A stretch of 64,000 bases of DNA from Octopus sinensis (GCF_006345805.1 NC_043000.1:71176001-71240000); one strand, 5' to 3'; shown: positions 36,768-49,915, counted from the stretch's first letter. Made by a program: numbers and translations. Notes: generated from the sequence alone by a model not told the origin.

Positions 36768-37160
36768 ATGTAGCTGTGGGGTAAGTAGCTTGCTTACCAA
36801 CCACATGGTTCTAGGTTCAGTCCCACTGGGTGGTACCTTGGGCAAATGTCTTCTACTATAACTTTAGGCCAACCAAATTCTTGTGAGTGGATTTGGTAGA
36901 TGGAAACTGAAAGAAGCCCGTCATATATGTACATGTGTGTGTGTGTGTGTGCATATATGTTTGTGTGTCTGTGTTTGTCCCCCCACCATCACTTGACAAC
37001 TCATGCTGGTGTGTTTACATCCTCATAACTTATCAGTTCAGTTAAAAAAGAAAGGTAGGATAAGTACTTGGCTTATGAAGAATAAATCCTGGGGTCCTTT
37101 TGTTAGACTAAAAGTGGTGCCCCAGCATGGCTGCAGTCAAATGACTGAGACAAATAAATG
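36768..37160 (+). mobile_element. Full-length tRNA-derived SINE with CR1/L2-like 3' tail
   Basis: A-box-like TAGCTGTGGGGTAAG, B-box-like GGTTCAGTCCC, internal (GT/AT) tract, 3' GGTGCCCCAGCATGGCTGCAGTCAAATGACTG. Confidence 0.85.
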
Positions 37161-37226
37161 AACATATATATATATATACATACACATATATATATATACA
37201 TACACATATATACATATATATGTGTG

Positions 37227-37263
<37 letters not shown>

Positions 37264-37284
37264 ACATATATATATATATATACA

Positions 37285-38788
37285 CAGTGAGGGAAATGAA
37301 TTTTGGATGCCCTCCTAGATTTCCAAGTTTACTAATCTGGATAATGGTAAGGAATGAAATGGCATACATATTATATTTATCACAAAAATTAAACACATTT
37401 TACAAATATAACAAATTACAGAGTAATTTATTTATAGTTTAAATAAATAAATTGTGATTTACCAAGAGAAAGAAGTATTTGATACTTAATGAAAATCATT
37501 TAATATTTAGTCGAGTAACCATTATTAGCTATCACAGCAGTAAGGCATTTCTTATAATTCATGACCAAGTTCAAACAGCCTGGGGTGTATCTTTTCCCAC
37601 TCTTCCAAGCAAAATATTTCCAATCCTTTAAGAGCTCTGGGCTGTCACTTGGATAATCTAAGTTGAGGTCTGTAGACTGACTAGGCCACTCCATAACATT
37701 GATGTGTTTCTTTTTTAACCATTCTTTGGTAGTCTTAGCTGTATGCTTTGAGTTGTTGTCCTGTTGAATTAACCAACATCATTTCATCTTTAGTAATCTG
37801 GATAAAGCTAAAAGGTTTGCTTCTAAAATCTGCCGATACAATAACCCATCCATTTTCCCAGTAATATGGCACAGTTGCCTTGTTCCACTGGCAGAAAAAC
37901 AGACCCATAACATTATACTACCACCCCCCATGCTTCACAGTAGGGATGGTGTTATTTGGATTGTATGCTTCATTCTTTTTTCTCCAGATGCTACGAGTAC
38001 TATTTATTCCCAAAGACTTATTTTTGTCTCATCAAACCAAAGTACATTCTTCCAATCTTCTTCAGAGTTATTTAGGCGATCATAAGCTAATAATGTAGGT
38101 ATTCCTTAGTAGAGGGGCTTTTCAAGCACTGCATGATTTTAAGCTGGCTTAGTGAAGTGTGTTTCCAATTGTTTTTTTGGTGACTGATGTTCCTGCAGCT
38201 AGAAGGTCATTCCTAAGCTCTTCTCGAGCAGTTCTAGGGTTGTTCTGGATGGTTCTTAATAAATGTGATGTTGCACGAGGGGATATTTTACAGGGAGCTC
38301 CAGATCGTGGATGGTTCACAGTGATCTTATCTGTTTTCCATTTATGTACAATAGCACCTGCAGTTGTTGACTTATCTTGCAATAGCCAAATCCAGCCTTG
38401 TGCAGCTTAATCATCTGATCTCTATGATCTTTAGACAACTCATGGTTTTACCCATGGTGATGATGAAAGTAATTGATTAAATTTGTTGAATAATCAGAAA
38501 AAACAAATTATTTTAAATACAGTATATAATTAGATTTGTTAAGTTAGTATTCTTCTAATATATTGATATTGTATATAAATTTTGAATAAATATTCCTAAA
38601 TTTGATCAAATTGCACTCATAGCATTTGTCAAATTCATGTGTAACTGCTAAGCTATATTATTTTATTTGTCATTTAGATCATAATATTAATTGAAACATG
38701 TTCATTGCTATAATTTTATTATATTAGCATTAATATAAATAGGTAAACTTTGAAAATCAGCAGGGTATCAAATACTTATTTCCATATG
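37285..38788 (-). mobile_element. Degraded Tc1 transposon (second family)
   Basis: Ends CAGTGAGGGAAATGAATTTTGGATGCCC / GGGTATCAAATACTTATTTCC. Transposase remnants 37500-38455: MGKT..LSKDHRDQMIKLHKAGFGY, GAPCKISPR, MEWPSQSTDLN, AVIANNGYSTKY*. Confidence 0.85.
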
Positions 38789-38799
38789 TATGTATGTAA

Positions 38800-39345
38800 C
38801 TTAACTTTGATAAGTTTCGGCCAGTATAGGCCCAGGCCATGTCTAACCTAATAGCACCACCTGGTGAAGTCTTTTAGTCATATATGGGACCCCATGGCCC
38901 ACTCTAGCAAAAAGTTATTATTGTTGGAGACATATCCAGGTGTAGGAGGTTGGTCCGGGATCTTTTGAAGAAATTTGTCCAGTGAACATTTGAATTTTAT
39001 GGGATCTGTTTCCGTTTTGACATATTTTGGTATGGTATTGAAGAGAGCTGGACTGGTTGCGGTAAAGTAATTGTGACATAATGTTGCTATGCGTACTAAG
39101 TTTGATTTTTGTAGTGGCTGGATAGTGCGGGGGCCAAGTCTTGGATGGATTTCAAAATTGATGCCATCATTTGTGCAATATTGATGGAATATTTTCCACA
39201 TAACACTAATGATGTAGCGCTCCTGGTGACATTGGAGAGAGTAGAGATTGAGTTTTTTTAGTCGAACCCAATAATCAATACTTCTCATGCCATCTATCTT
39301 TCTTATTATTGACCTTTGGAGTGCTTCTACTTTCATAATGAGTTG
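38800..39345 (-). mobile_element. CR1/L2-group LINE 3' fragment (different family)
   Basis: VEALQRSIIRKIDGMRSIDYWVRLKKLNLYSL...FKCSLDKFLQKIPDQP; tail GGTGGTGC...CATGGCC...GAAAC. Confidence 0.8.
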
Positions 39346-39793
39346 CTTTCTATGGTGGGGTGGGGTGGGGGTTACAGTGGGCAATAGTATTCAAGGTGGG
39401 GTCAGGCAAAAGTAGAGTAGAGAAGGATGATGGTGTAGGCATCTCTAGACTGGAAAGTTCTCAGAACCTAGGGGCACACTTTGCAGGCCAAGTCAACCTT
39501 GCTGTTTATGTGGGAACTCCAGCTTAGATTGCTATCAACAATTATCCTAAGATCTCTGGTGGTGTTGGATGACATTAGGGAGTTGCCCAAGTGAAGAGCA
39601 TATATATATGTATATATATATATATGTGTGTGTGTGTGTATATATATGTGTGTGTGTATGTGTATATATATATATGTGTATATGTATGTGTGTGTGTGTA
39701 TATATATATATATATGTCTACATAAATGTATGTATATATAGACAAATAAATAAAGAAATGGAGTTAAGCACAGGTGTTATTCAAATCTTTATA

Positions 39794-39880
39794 CTTCCAA
39801 TATATGTTTCGAAGAAAACATTGGTATTTTTCCAGGGGGAATAAAATGATGTAAAACAATACGATCATCTCATCAGGGAA
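39794..39880 (-). ncRNA. Type-I hammerhead-like motif with long stem II/loop II in a PLE 3' region
   Basis: UUCC CUGAUGA GAUGA...UCUUC GAAAC AUAUA UU GGAAG. Stem I is 4 WC pairs plus a wobble; stem III has one mismatch. Confidence 0.55.
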
Positions 39881-40400
39881 AAAACAGAAACAACATCAGT
39901 AAGCCATTTTAACCAAATGTGATGACTGCGTATATGATGAAGGGAACACTGGCAAGATATTATTTTAAAACGCTGTTAATAGATTTAATGTCAAATGCAA
40001 TTTAGAGAAAGAGGAGGAGAAAGAAAGAAAATAGCAGAAAACCAAGAGTGGAGAAATGTACTGTGTTAAATGAATGAGAATAAAGTTTAAAAGTATGGAA
40101 ATAGATATATTTAGTGGAAATGAGATGTAAGAAGACAATGTCGAATTTTATAGATTGGTAGAAATTACTAATAGGAACTAAAGGTATGTTTTTGCCAATG
40201 TTTGCAGTGATAAACGTACTCTTTAAAAGTATTTACAAGAGAATTCTTTGAGAACAGGATAAGATAGAGTTCATCGATACAGAGCGGACAAGAAGATTTA
40301 CCTTTATCATATGGAACGGACCTACATAGAATATTCCATTCCAAATCAAATTGTTTATTGTGTTTCTTCATAATAAACAATCTGCGCAAATGCAATTTGC
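39794..40400 (-). mobile_element. Naiad-like PLE 3' fragment (GIY-YIG C-terminus plus pLTR)
   Basis: FDLEWNIL...SCPLCIDELYLIL..NSLVN...HCKH, homologous to the EN C-termini at 45055-45300 and 51400-51748. Confidence 0.65.
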
Positions 40401-40674
40401 CGGCTTTTTTTGCACAAACTGCGTGTGCATTTTCTTGCATACATTTAGTATCGATTGCAATAGCTCATGTACTTGCACGTACAAATGCATGTTCCCACAG
40501 CTTTATCAATCGCATTCTCACCTGGAATCGATTTTTGTAATTTTTTCAAGACTCATACACGCCTTGATACCATCGGTATATACATATCAAATTTGAGCGC
40601 AATTGGATGGAAGATGCCCGAGATCCTAGAAGACACACACACAGACAGAATGGATTTTATATAATAGATGTATA

Positions 40675-40682
40675 TATAGCTA

Positions 40683-40733
<51 letters not shown>

Positions 40734-40928
40734 ATGTATATATATGTATATATATGTATATATATGTATATGTATGTATATGTATGTATATGTATATATA
40801 TGTATATGTATGTATATGTATATGTATATATATGTATATGTATGTATATGTATATATATGTATATGTATATATATGTATATGTATGTATATGTATATGTA
40901 TATATATGTATATGTATATATATATATG

Positions 40929-40977
<49 letters not shown>

Positions 40978-41140
40978 ATGTATATATATATATGTATATG
41001 TATATATATATGTATATGTATATATATATGTATATGTATATGTATATATATATGTATATGTATATATATATGTATATGTATATATATGTATATATATATA
41101 TATGTATATATATGTATATATATATGTATATATATATAAA
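40675..41140. repeat. (AT)n/(ATATGT)n array
   Basis: Directly visible. Confidence 0.95.
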
Positions 41141-43393
41141 TCCTTAAATCCTTAAAAATGTTTTAGCCCGAAGGCCGCGGCCATGCTGGGGCACCACCGC
41201 TGAATGAGCTACACTAATTTGTGAATCCACCTCTGATACGTGGCACTTGATCAACAAGGGAGTTCGATGCTGCTGCCCGCATCTGCGTCTCCTGTCGTGA
41301 GGTAGGCTCATCTGGGACTCCCAACAAGAAGAGATCCAGTTTAGTTTTAAAGAAACCCACATCCACACCATGTAAGTCTCTCAGGCATTTAGGGAGGATG
41401 TTAAAGAGCTGTGGTCCTCTGAAACCCAAGCTGTTGCAGTATCTGGACCTGTATTTTGATGGTGATGTTGGAATCCTTGGCACCATGCAGTGGTGCCCTG
41501 TTCTGCGGTTGGAGTAACTTTGAATGCAAAAGTTTGGGACAAGACCCTCCAGGATTTTCCAGATGTATATCACCGCATATCTCTCCCGCCTCCGCTCTAG
41601 GGAGAAGAGGTTTAATACCTTCAGTCTTTCCCAGTAGCTGATATTTTGCATTGAGACGATTTTCTTTGTGTAGCTTCTCTGAATTGCTTCGAGTTCTGCT
41701 GTTAGCTTTATATTGTATGGTGACCACAGTTGGGAGCAGCTGAGGACGAATGTTTTCCATAGGACCATCAGTGTCTCCTTCTCTCTTGTTCTGAAAGTTC
41801 GGAGAATCCATCCAGCTAGCCGTCTACATTTTATCACCAGATTAGCAATATGCATTTGGAAAGATGCATCATTGCTCATGTCAATGCCCAGGTCACGCAC
41901 TGATTTTGACTCAGGGATTGCAATTCTTCCTGGGCCAGTGTATCCAGTCTTCACGTCATTTACCTTTGTGTGCCAGTAGTGCAGGGCCTGGAACTTACCT
42001 GCATTAAACTGCATGTTGTTGTCCTCAGCCCACCTGTATATTGTGTCCAGCTCATGTTGCAGATGTGCAATATTTTCAGGGTTTTGTATTGCGTGGGAGA
42101 CTTTTGTGTCATCTGCATAGCTAGCAAGGGTGGTCATCGTAGCAACTGAAGGCATGTCTGAAAGGGCCACTATGAACATCAGTGGCCCCAACACAGTGCC
42201 CTGTTGGACACCGCTTGTTATTTGCGTTTCCTTGGAGGTGGCTCCATTGCTCACAACTGCCTGTTTTCTGTCTTTTAGGAAGTTGTGCAGCCACTCTCCA
42301 AGTTTCCCGCCTATGCCGAGACCACGCAGTTTGTGACAGATCATACCATGGTCGACTTTATCAAAGGCTTTTGCAAAGTCGAGATATATTACATCCACAT
42401 TTGAGCCATTTAGTAGCTGTTTCAACACCCAGTCATAGTGTTGCAGGACCTGTGTTAGGCAGCCTCTACCTGGTCGAAATCCATGCTGGGTGTCAGACAG
42501 CAAGTCATTTTCTTCAAGGAACATGATTAGTTTCTTACGGACTATTCGTTCCATGACTTTGCTGATGTGTGAGGTCAGAGAGATAGGCCTATAATTTTTA
42601 GCATCTGCTCTGCTACCTCCCTTATGGATAGGGCATATTACCCCCTCTTTCAATTTGACTGGTATTTCACTTGCAAGAAAGCTCTGAAAAAGAAGCTGTA
42701 GCGGTTTTGCAAGGGCTCGTTTGCACGATTTGAGAAGGATCGCTGGGAATCCATCAGGTCCAGCAGCTGAGTTTGTGTCAATCTCATCAATGGCTAGTGT
42801 GATATCATCATCTTCGATGTTGATGTACTCAATTTTTGTCTCTTTCGCCGCAGGTAAAGTGGCAAAGAATTCTTCTGGGTTGTTTACTTGCCTGTGTCCT
42901 AGAGGTGTAGTGAACACACAGTATTTCACTTATCAGTATTTCACTTATCCTCCTGGGATTTCCTGTGAGAGAGCCATCTTTTTGGAAGAGAGGTCCTATT
43001 CTCTGGTGCACTGTGGCTGTCTCTTTGGCAAACTTAAAGAAAGCTTTAGGGTTTGATTTTATATTTTCTATTACCCAAGCTTCTTTATCTGCTCTCTCCT
43101 TTTCATGGGACTGATGTAGACTTTTCTCAGTTTCCATTAGCATTCTTTCGAGCCGAGACTTCTCACCACTTTTGGTGTGCTTGCTCAGGCGGTTTGCAAT
43201 CCTTGTCCGTCGTCTCATAAGAATCCTCCTTTCTCTAGGGATCCTGTTTTTGTTCTTGTGTGTGCTGGCCCTGCACACTGGGACATATTTGTCAAATATG
43301 GCTTGTATTATGGACATGAAGTGTTTGTGTTTCATGTTTATGTCCGGTGTGGAGAGACATTCAGGCCAATCCTGTTTGAGGATCTCTTTCTCA
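41140..43393 (-). mobile_element. CR1/L2-group LINE, 5'-truncated, 571-aa open RT segment, (TTAAGGAT)n tail
   Basis: ORF 41214-42929: GPDGFP, NYRPISLTS, YLDFAKAFDKV, QQGTVLGPLMF, YADDT. Homologous to 4972-7200 but with a different tail. Confidence 0.92.
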
Positions 43394-43410
43394 GTATATG
43401 TATATATATA

Positions 43411-43456
<46 letters not shown>

Positions 43457-43457
43457 C

Positions 43458-43503
<46 letters not shown>

Positions 43504-44526
43504 AATTATAAGTTCAGCAAAAAAGTAGATTCAAATGAATATGGTACTTAATTTAGATGCACCAGAATTCTGTATGGTGTTATCCATATAAATCCGTGGA
43601 GTGATTTTAATCAAAATAAGCAACAAGAATGACTCCGGTAATTAGGTATGATCGTATCGTACTACATCATTTTATTAAATGTTTTAAGTATTACAACAGT
43701 TTTTAAAATGCTGAGCACTCATCAGCCAATTATAGAGGTTTTCCATTAATACAAAAATTTTCATATCAAGTGGCAACATATAGAGAAGGTAGATATATAG
43801 GCAAAGATGTGGATTTAAATTTTAAGAACATTTGAGGTAGTGGAGCTCATCAACTGACTGACTAAGATTCAGTTGTTCCAGACTACTGTAAGGTTCTGAG
43901 AGGGAAGAACAAATGAAAGGAGGCAATAACGATTTTCTATTTATAGAAATGGGGTAAAGGGGATGCCAGAGCTCCATATAAAGGAATTTATGTAGAAAAC
44001 AGGATTGTCACAACTAAATGCCAATTACTACTATTTGATGAACAGATTAGAACTAGGTCAATGTCAAGTGGTCACAATAACATTCACAGAGAATGCAGAT
44101 ACCTTACAAACCCTATGCACATCATCAGGACAGTTGGTCTATAAGTTCTATGAGTACTTTGACATGTTAGAATAAAGGAAAAAATATAAATCTAAAATTT
44201 ATTCAATTTGGAGAAAAAGACTATCACTTATTATGAGTAGGCATAGTACTTATTAACTGGGGGAAAAAAGCCTTGTTAATCAAGTGAACATATTAAGGGT
44301 CAAAATATATACTAAGAAAGATGAAAGAAGAAAAATCAAAGAAAGAAGATATTTGTAGGTTTAGTAGAAGGTGATTTTATAATATGAAGAGAGGTAATTT
44401 AAAAGAGTAAATTATTCAGATTTCATGGATAGTGAGTTGATATTAATGAATTAAAATATAGGATCTGTTGGAAATAAAATTTACTACCTGCGGATAAAGG
44501 TTAATTAGTTAGGTAAAAATATCTTA

Positions 44527-45010
44527 GGTTAATTATATATTAAGAAATGGAAGTGAGATAATCAAGATGAACCAGATAGTTTCCGTAGGGACATAGGATT
44601 AATACTACTTAGTATTGGAGAACATTATAAAAAAGAAGAATTTAATTCTAAGTTTGCAATAAAGTTTTTAAATCATCTATGAGTGTTAAACTAAAACCAG
44701 TATGGTATATTCGTTCCTATTTGGTTAAATATATTTTGTAAATATATCTTAGACTAATTATATATTAAGAAATAGAAGTGAGATAATCAAGGTGAACCGA
44801 ATAGTTTCTTTAGGGACATAGGATTCATACTATTTAGTATTCATACTCTTTGTGATTCATACTATTTAGGATTCCAACTATTTAGATTCATGCAGTTTAA
44901 TTTTAGAAAAAAGAAGAATTCAATTTTAAGTTTGCAGTGAAGTTTTTTTTAGTCATCTATGAATGTTAAATTGAAAGCCAGTATGGTATATTCGTTCTTA
45001 TTTGGTTATA
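44527..45010. repeat. Diverged two-copy tandem duplication (~230-bp unit) downstream of the Naiad-like ORF
   Basis: TAATTATATATTAAGAAAT(G/A)GAAGTGAGATAATCAAG...CCAGTATGGTATATTCGTTC at ~44528 and ~44755. Confidence 0.8.
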
Positions 45011-45054
45011 AAGAATTAAAATTTGAAAAATATAGGACTATTCACAAAATTATT

Positions 45055-47552
45055 ATTTAAAGTATTTAAACTTTCTGGTCGTACGATGTATACAAGATAC
45101 TCCCAGCTCCAAACGGTTATTCAACAGATTTGTATTACTCTGATGTTTCAAAATTTCATAAGTTTCTATAGAACAAAGTTGACAACCATTGCTACTATTT
45201 CTATAAGGTTGCGCTCTTCTTACTATATTCCATTTTAGGTTGAATCCTATATTATTTGTTTTTAGTTCCCAAATTTTGCTAGATAATGTTGTGCAACCTG
45301 CCTTATGTTTTGAGCCTAAAAGAGGAACAATGATTGTTTAGACGTTTTTTTAAATCTACCGAACAACCGAAATAAAGAAAGTTATTGTTTGAAGTTATTA
45401 TTGTGCATTTATAAGTCACGTTTTGGACCGAACAATGGCCAGATACTGGACATTTTGATCTAATCCTACAATTACAACTGGGGGGATAGTGTCCGGTATT
45501 AGAATTATTTAATATCATTACTGTTATTTAAATTATTGTTAGTATTAGTATTATTTTCACTATTAGTAATTACGTTGTTATGCAAACTAGGGTTACTAGT
45601 TATTAATCCATCCTCATTATCATCACCTACCATACTTTTATCTATACTACCTATTTTTTGATATTGCTATTATCACTATTTACATCAATGTTGTTATTAT
45701 TATCATCATCGTCATTATTATTATTACCATTATTATTATTATTATTATTATTGCTATTTTTACAATTATTATTACTATCATTGTTGTTACTATTAAGTCT
45801 AAGCTATTATGGTAGCCATATTTGGGAGAGTGGAATATGAAATTCTCACTGATTTCTTAGAAATTATTTTATAATATTTATGGGAGGCTGGGAAGTTTTT
45901 TTCCAGTATAGACATAAATCTACTGTACACATTCGTTGAGATCAATTGAAGGGGATATTTAACCAAATGACATTTTCTCTTTTATATTTTTTGTTTAAGT
46001 AAGAGTGGGAAGGATTAGTGTTATCAGTATTCATATGAGAATTATTATTCCTTTTAGTCTTATTTTTATGCCTATTGGGTTTATCTAGGTTAGCATTTTC
46101 ATATTTATTTATGATCTATTTACTATTTCTATTCTTATAATTAGGTTCAAACACTAGGTTCTTTTCCTCTATTGATTTATGTTTATTTAGGGTATGAGAT
46201 TCTTTATTACTTAAGTCTTTTACATTCACTTCATTATTTAGGAGATTTATGTTATCAATATCAAGGAAGGTGATTTCCTGGTCATATCCAGCCTTAGATA
46301 ATGCAACATTATAATGATTAGAGTGAGAGTCAAAGATTTCACTATTTGATGATAATTTTGAAATTCTCTGAGAAATATTTTTAACTATTGATTTAAGTAT
46401 ATTTGGGGGGTGATTGGATGACTTATTTACATATCTGGTAACTTCACCCTCCTTTCTAAATGGGTAATGTAACTTTGAATTTAAGTCTAAGGTAATGTCT
46501 AGGAAATTAACTATCTTGGTGTTAGGTTCATACGTAATGCCTAGGTTAAAATCTTTGAAAAATTTACTAATTTTCTTTTTTATCCTCTCAATACTTGATT
46601 TATTGTTGCTAGGTACAATAAACAAAGCATCATCCCTATATAGACCACCTTGTAATTCTGGGATATCTCTGTTTATGCATTTTAATAAATATGCTCCTAC
46701 CAGATTGGTTATCTCTGCCGAATCACTTGAGCCCATGGTTACATCAAAATTATTGGGGATATCCACCCTAGTCCATAATTTTCCTTCAAATTCGATGATA
46801 GTTTTCCTAGCTAATAGGATGATGTCAATTTCTTCCCTAGACATGAGAGAGAGGTTCTTAGCAAAAATGAGTGATTTATTAAGTAGAATGGGGGATATAC
46901 TAGAATAGTAATTGTTAATGTCAAATTGGATAAAAGAAATTCTATTAGTGTTATCTAGAGATTTAAACCAATCTATTACCTCATCTTTATTAATCCATAG
47001 ACTCAAGGGAGGTTAGGAATTATATGGGGTAGAATATTGTCCAAAATAGATTTGCTAAGTCGGCCAATGTCTGACTTAGTTGGACATATGAGTCTTACCG
47101 AAGGGTTTTCGAAGAAATTTTTTTAATGGTCCTTAAGATTAATCCTGGGTTCACATGGTTTTAGAGGCTCCGTTCTATCGGCCAGATCATAATTTACCAT
47201 AACTTTTTTGAGTTCTAAATTAATCCCTCTCAGGCTTTTCTTTGTTGTTACTTTATAATGAGCTTGCTGTAAGTTGCATAATCCATTCTGTAAAGGTTTC
47301 CAGTTTTGTCGGCTGGGACCAGGATGCCCTGTTTATCTTGAAGAGATTTAATGAAATCCTTTAGATGTCTAAGGTGTGGATTATACCTTAGTGGATGTTC
47401 CTTGAATTTAATATTTGCGATGAGGTCAAATAGATCTTTTTCAAAGCTTTCAAGCAATGGATTCGGAGGTGGGCTCTTCCTACTCCTAAAAATCTTTTTG
47501 TAGTGATTATTCAAGTGTGTTAGTTGAGGGTCTTCTTTCGGTTTGGTATCGT
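45055..47552 (-). pseudogene. Naiad-like Penelope retroelement RT + GIY-YIG, frameshifted, 5'-truncated
   Basis: LVPADKTGNLY, RLINP, DIGRLSKSILD, FIQFDINNYY, FDVTMGSSDSAEITNLVG, GLYRDDAL, SYSTLPN, CNCR..CP..GHC..NVTY..YFGCS..KRLNNH, KIWELK..LKWNI..CQLC..E..EI. Clade name is from my recall of these motifs. Confidence 0.85.
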
Positions 47553-48535
47553 GGTGGTATATATAATGGGAAAGTTTACGAAAATGAACAAAAGACGAAG
47601 GCATATATATATATATATATATATATACAGAGGCCATCCGGATTCCCGTTTGCGCCGTGAACAGGAATTAACTTCTCTCTTCGCTCTTATAGGCCATTTG
47701 GTCTCAACTCTCACCCCCTTTCCCCCTCCTCATCTAACCTCCCCCGACCCCTACTTCTCTTCAGTCCTTCATCCTTTCACCCCTACTCCTCTTCCCTCTT
47801 CTCCCTCCCTCCTTCCCTCTTCCCCTTCCCTCTGCTCCCTCACTCCCCTTCTCTCTCCCCCTCTCCCTCTATCCTCCCTCCTCCTCTCCCCTCCTCTCCT
47901 TTGTTCACCCCCTCCTCTTCTCCTCCTTCCTTCTCCCCCTTCCCCTCCCCCCCCTCTTCTCCTCTCCTTCCTTCTTCCCCTTCCTCCTCCTCTTTTCCCC
48001 TCTTCTCCCCTTTCTTTCTCCCCCTCCCCCCTCTTCTCCTCTTTCTTTCTCCCCCTCCGCCCTCTTCTCCTCTCTCTACACTACACCATACGACTTTACA
48101 CGTCACATCATATATACATACACACGTCCAGACCTCTCACACGCACTAATACTCTCTCATACACACACACACACTCTTCTCATATACACACACACACACA
48201 CTCTTATGTTTGAGTGAGGTCATTCAACCCTATTATCTCCCCTAATTTCGCTCTTGCGTCTCATGTTTGATCTTTGACTTCTGGCCGAAATCAGATCGCC
48301 ATGTTGGTTCGCTAGCTTCTGCACGCATATTTTTTTCTCTCCTTCTTTCTGTGTTTTTTCTCTGTGTATCTTTCTGTTGAAGAGCGTAGGCTCGAAACGT
48401 TAAAGACTTGTTTTATTTATATTTCCTGAGCGCCATACTAATACAATTGTTTGTTTGTATTCCACCTGCCTTCGTCTTTTGTTTATTTCCGTAAACCTGC
48501 CTTCGTCTTTTGTCTATTTTCATAAAGCTTCCCAT
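47553..48535 (+). mobile_element. Penelope/Poseidon-type 3' fragment (EN C-terminus, pLTR with HHR) with inverted terminal copy
   Basis: RREQEL..SLRSYRPFGLN (cf. GIY-YIG C-terminal E..LI..L....P.GLN). Left end GGGAAAGTTTACGAAAATGAACAAAAGACGAAGGC is the reverse complement of the right end GCCTTCGTCTTTTGTCTATTTTCATAAAGCTTCCC. Confidence 0.7.
48369..48406 (+). ncRNA. Minimal type-I hammerhead motif, core variant CUGUUGA
   Basis: UCUUU CUGUUGA A GAGC GUAG GCUC GAAAC GUU AAAGA. Stems I and II are perfect and stem III is the palindrome AACGUU. Confidence 0.7.
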
Positions 48536-48684
48536 ATATATATATATGTATATATAATATTATATATATATATATATAATATATACACATATATATATAT
48601 ACACATATATATACATATATATACATATATAATATATATATATATATATATAATATATATATATTATACATACATGCATAATAA

Positions 48685-48716
<32 letters not shown>

Positions 48717-48721
48717 CATAA

Positions 48722-48761
<40 letters not shown>

Positions 48762-48798
48762 CATCATATCTATATATATATATATATACATACATGCA

Positions 48799-48829
<31 letters not shown>

Positions 48830-48915
48830 CATGCATATATAGATATATACATATAGCCTTAAATCCTTAAAAATGTTTTATCCCAACGGCTAATAATATA
48901 TATATAATTATATAT

Positions 48916-48965
<50 letters not shown>

Positions 48966-49120
48966 TATATATGTCTATATGTATGTATGTATATATCTAT
49001 ATGTATATATGTATTATATATATGTATGTATTATATGTATTATTTATATATATATATATGTATGTATATATCTATATATCTATATATGTATGTATATATA
49101 TATATAGATATATATATATG

Positions 49121-49181
<61 letters not shown>

Positions 49182-49877
49182 GTATTATATAATATATATA
49201 TGTATATATATATATGTATATATATATATTTATATGTATGTATATATGTATATATATATGTATGTATATATCTGTATATATCTATATATCTATATAGTAT
49301 GTATATCTATATATGTATGTATGTATATATAATATATATATATATATATGTATGTATATATCCATATATGTGTGTGTATATATATATATATGTATATATA
49401 TATCCATATATGTGTGTATATATATATGTATCTATATATGTATGTATATATGTATATCTATATATGTATGTATATATATATGTATATATATATTATGCGT
49501 GTATATATGTATGTATATATATATATGTGTGTGTATATATATATATGTGTGTGTATATATATATATATGTATATATATATGTCTATATATATATGTGTTT
49601 GTATATATATATGTATATATATATATGTATGCATATATATATTTATGTATGTATATATATTTGTATATATATATATGTATATATGTGTATATGTATGTGT
49701 ATATATATTATGTGTTTATATGTATGTATATATATATGTGTATATATGTATATATATTTGTATATATATATATTAATATGTATGTGTATATATATATATA
49801 CATATATATAATATATACATAATATATATATATATTACATATATAGATAATAATATACATATATATATTATATATAC

Positions 49878-49908
<31 letters not shown>

Positions 49909-49915
49909 CATATAT

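Noticed and set aside
45055-47552. Selenocysteine recoding in the Naiad-like PLE (reported for some Naiads)
   Set aside because: The breaks I traced are frameshifts or TAA, not in-frame TGA at Cys-equivalent positions; no SECIS recognised.
47524-48213. 229-aa Pro/Ser/Leu-rich ORF
   Set aside because: Mostly a C/T low-complexity tract of the PLE 3' region; only the short EN C-terminal remnant is meaningful.
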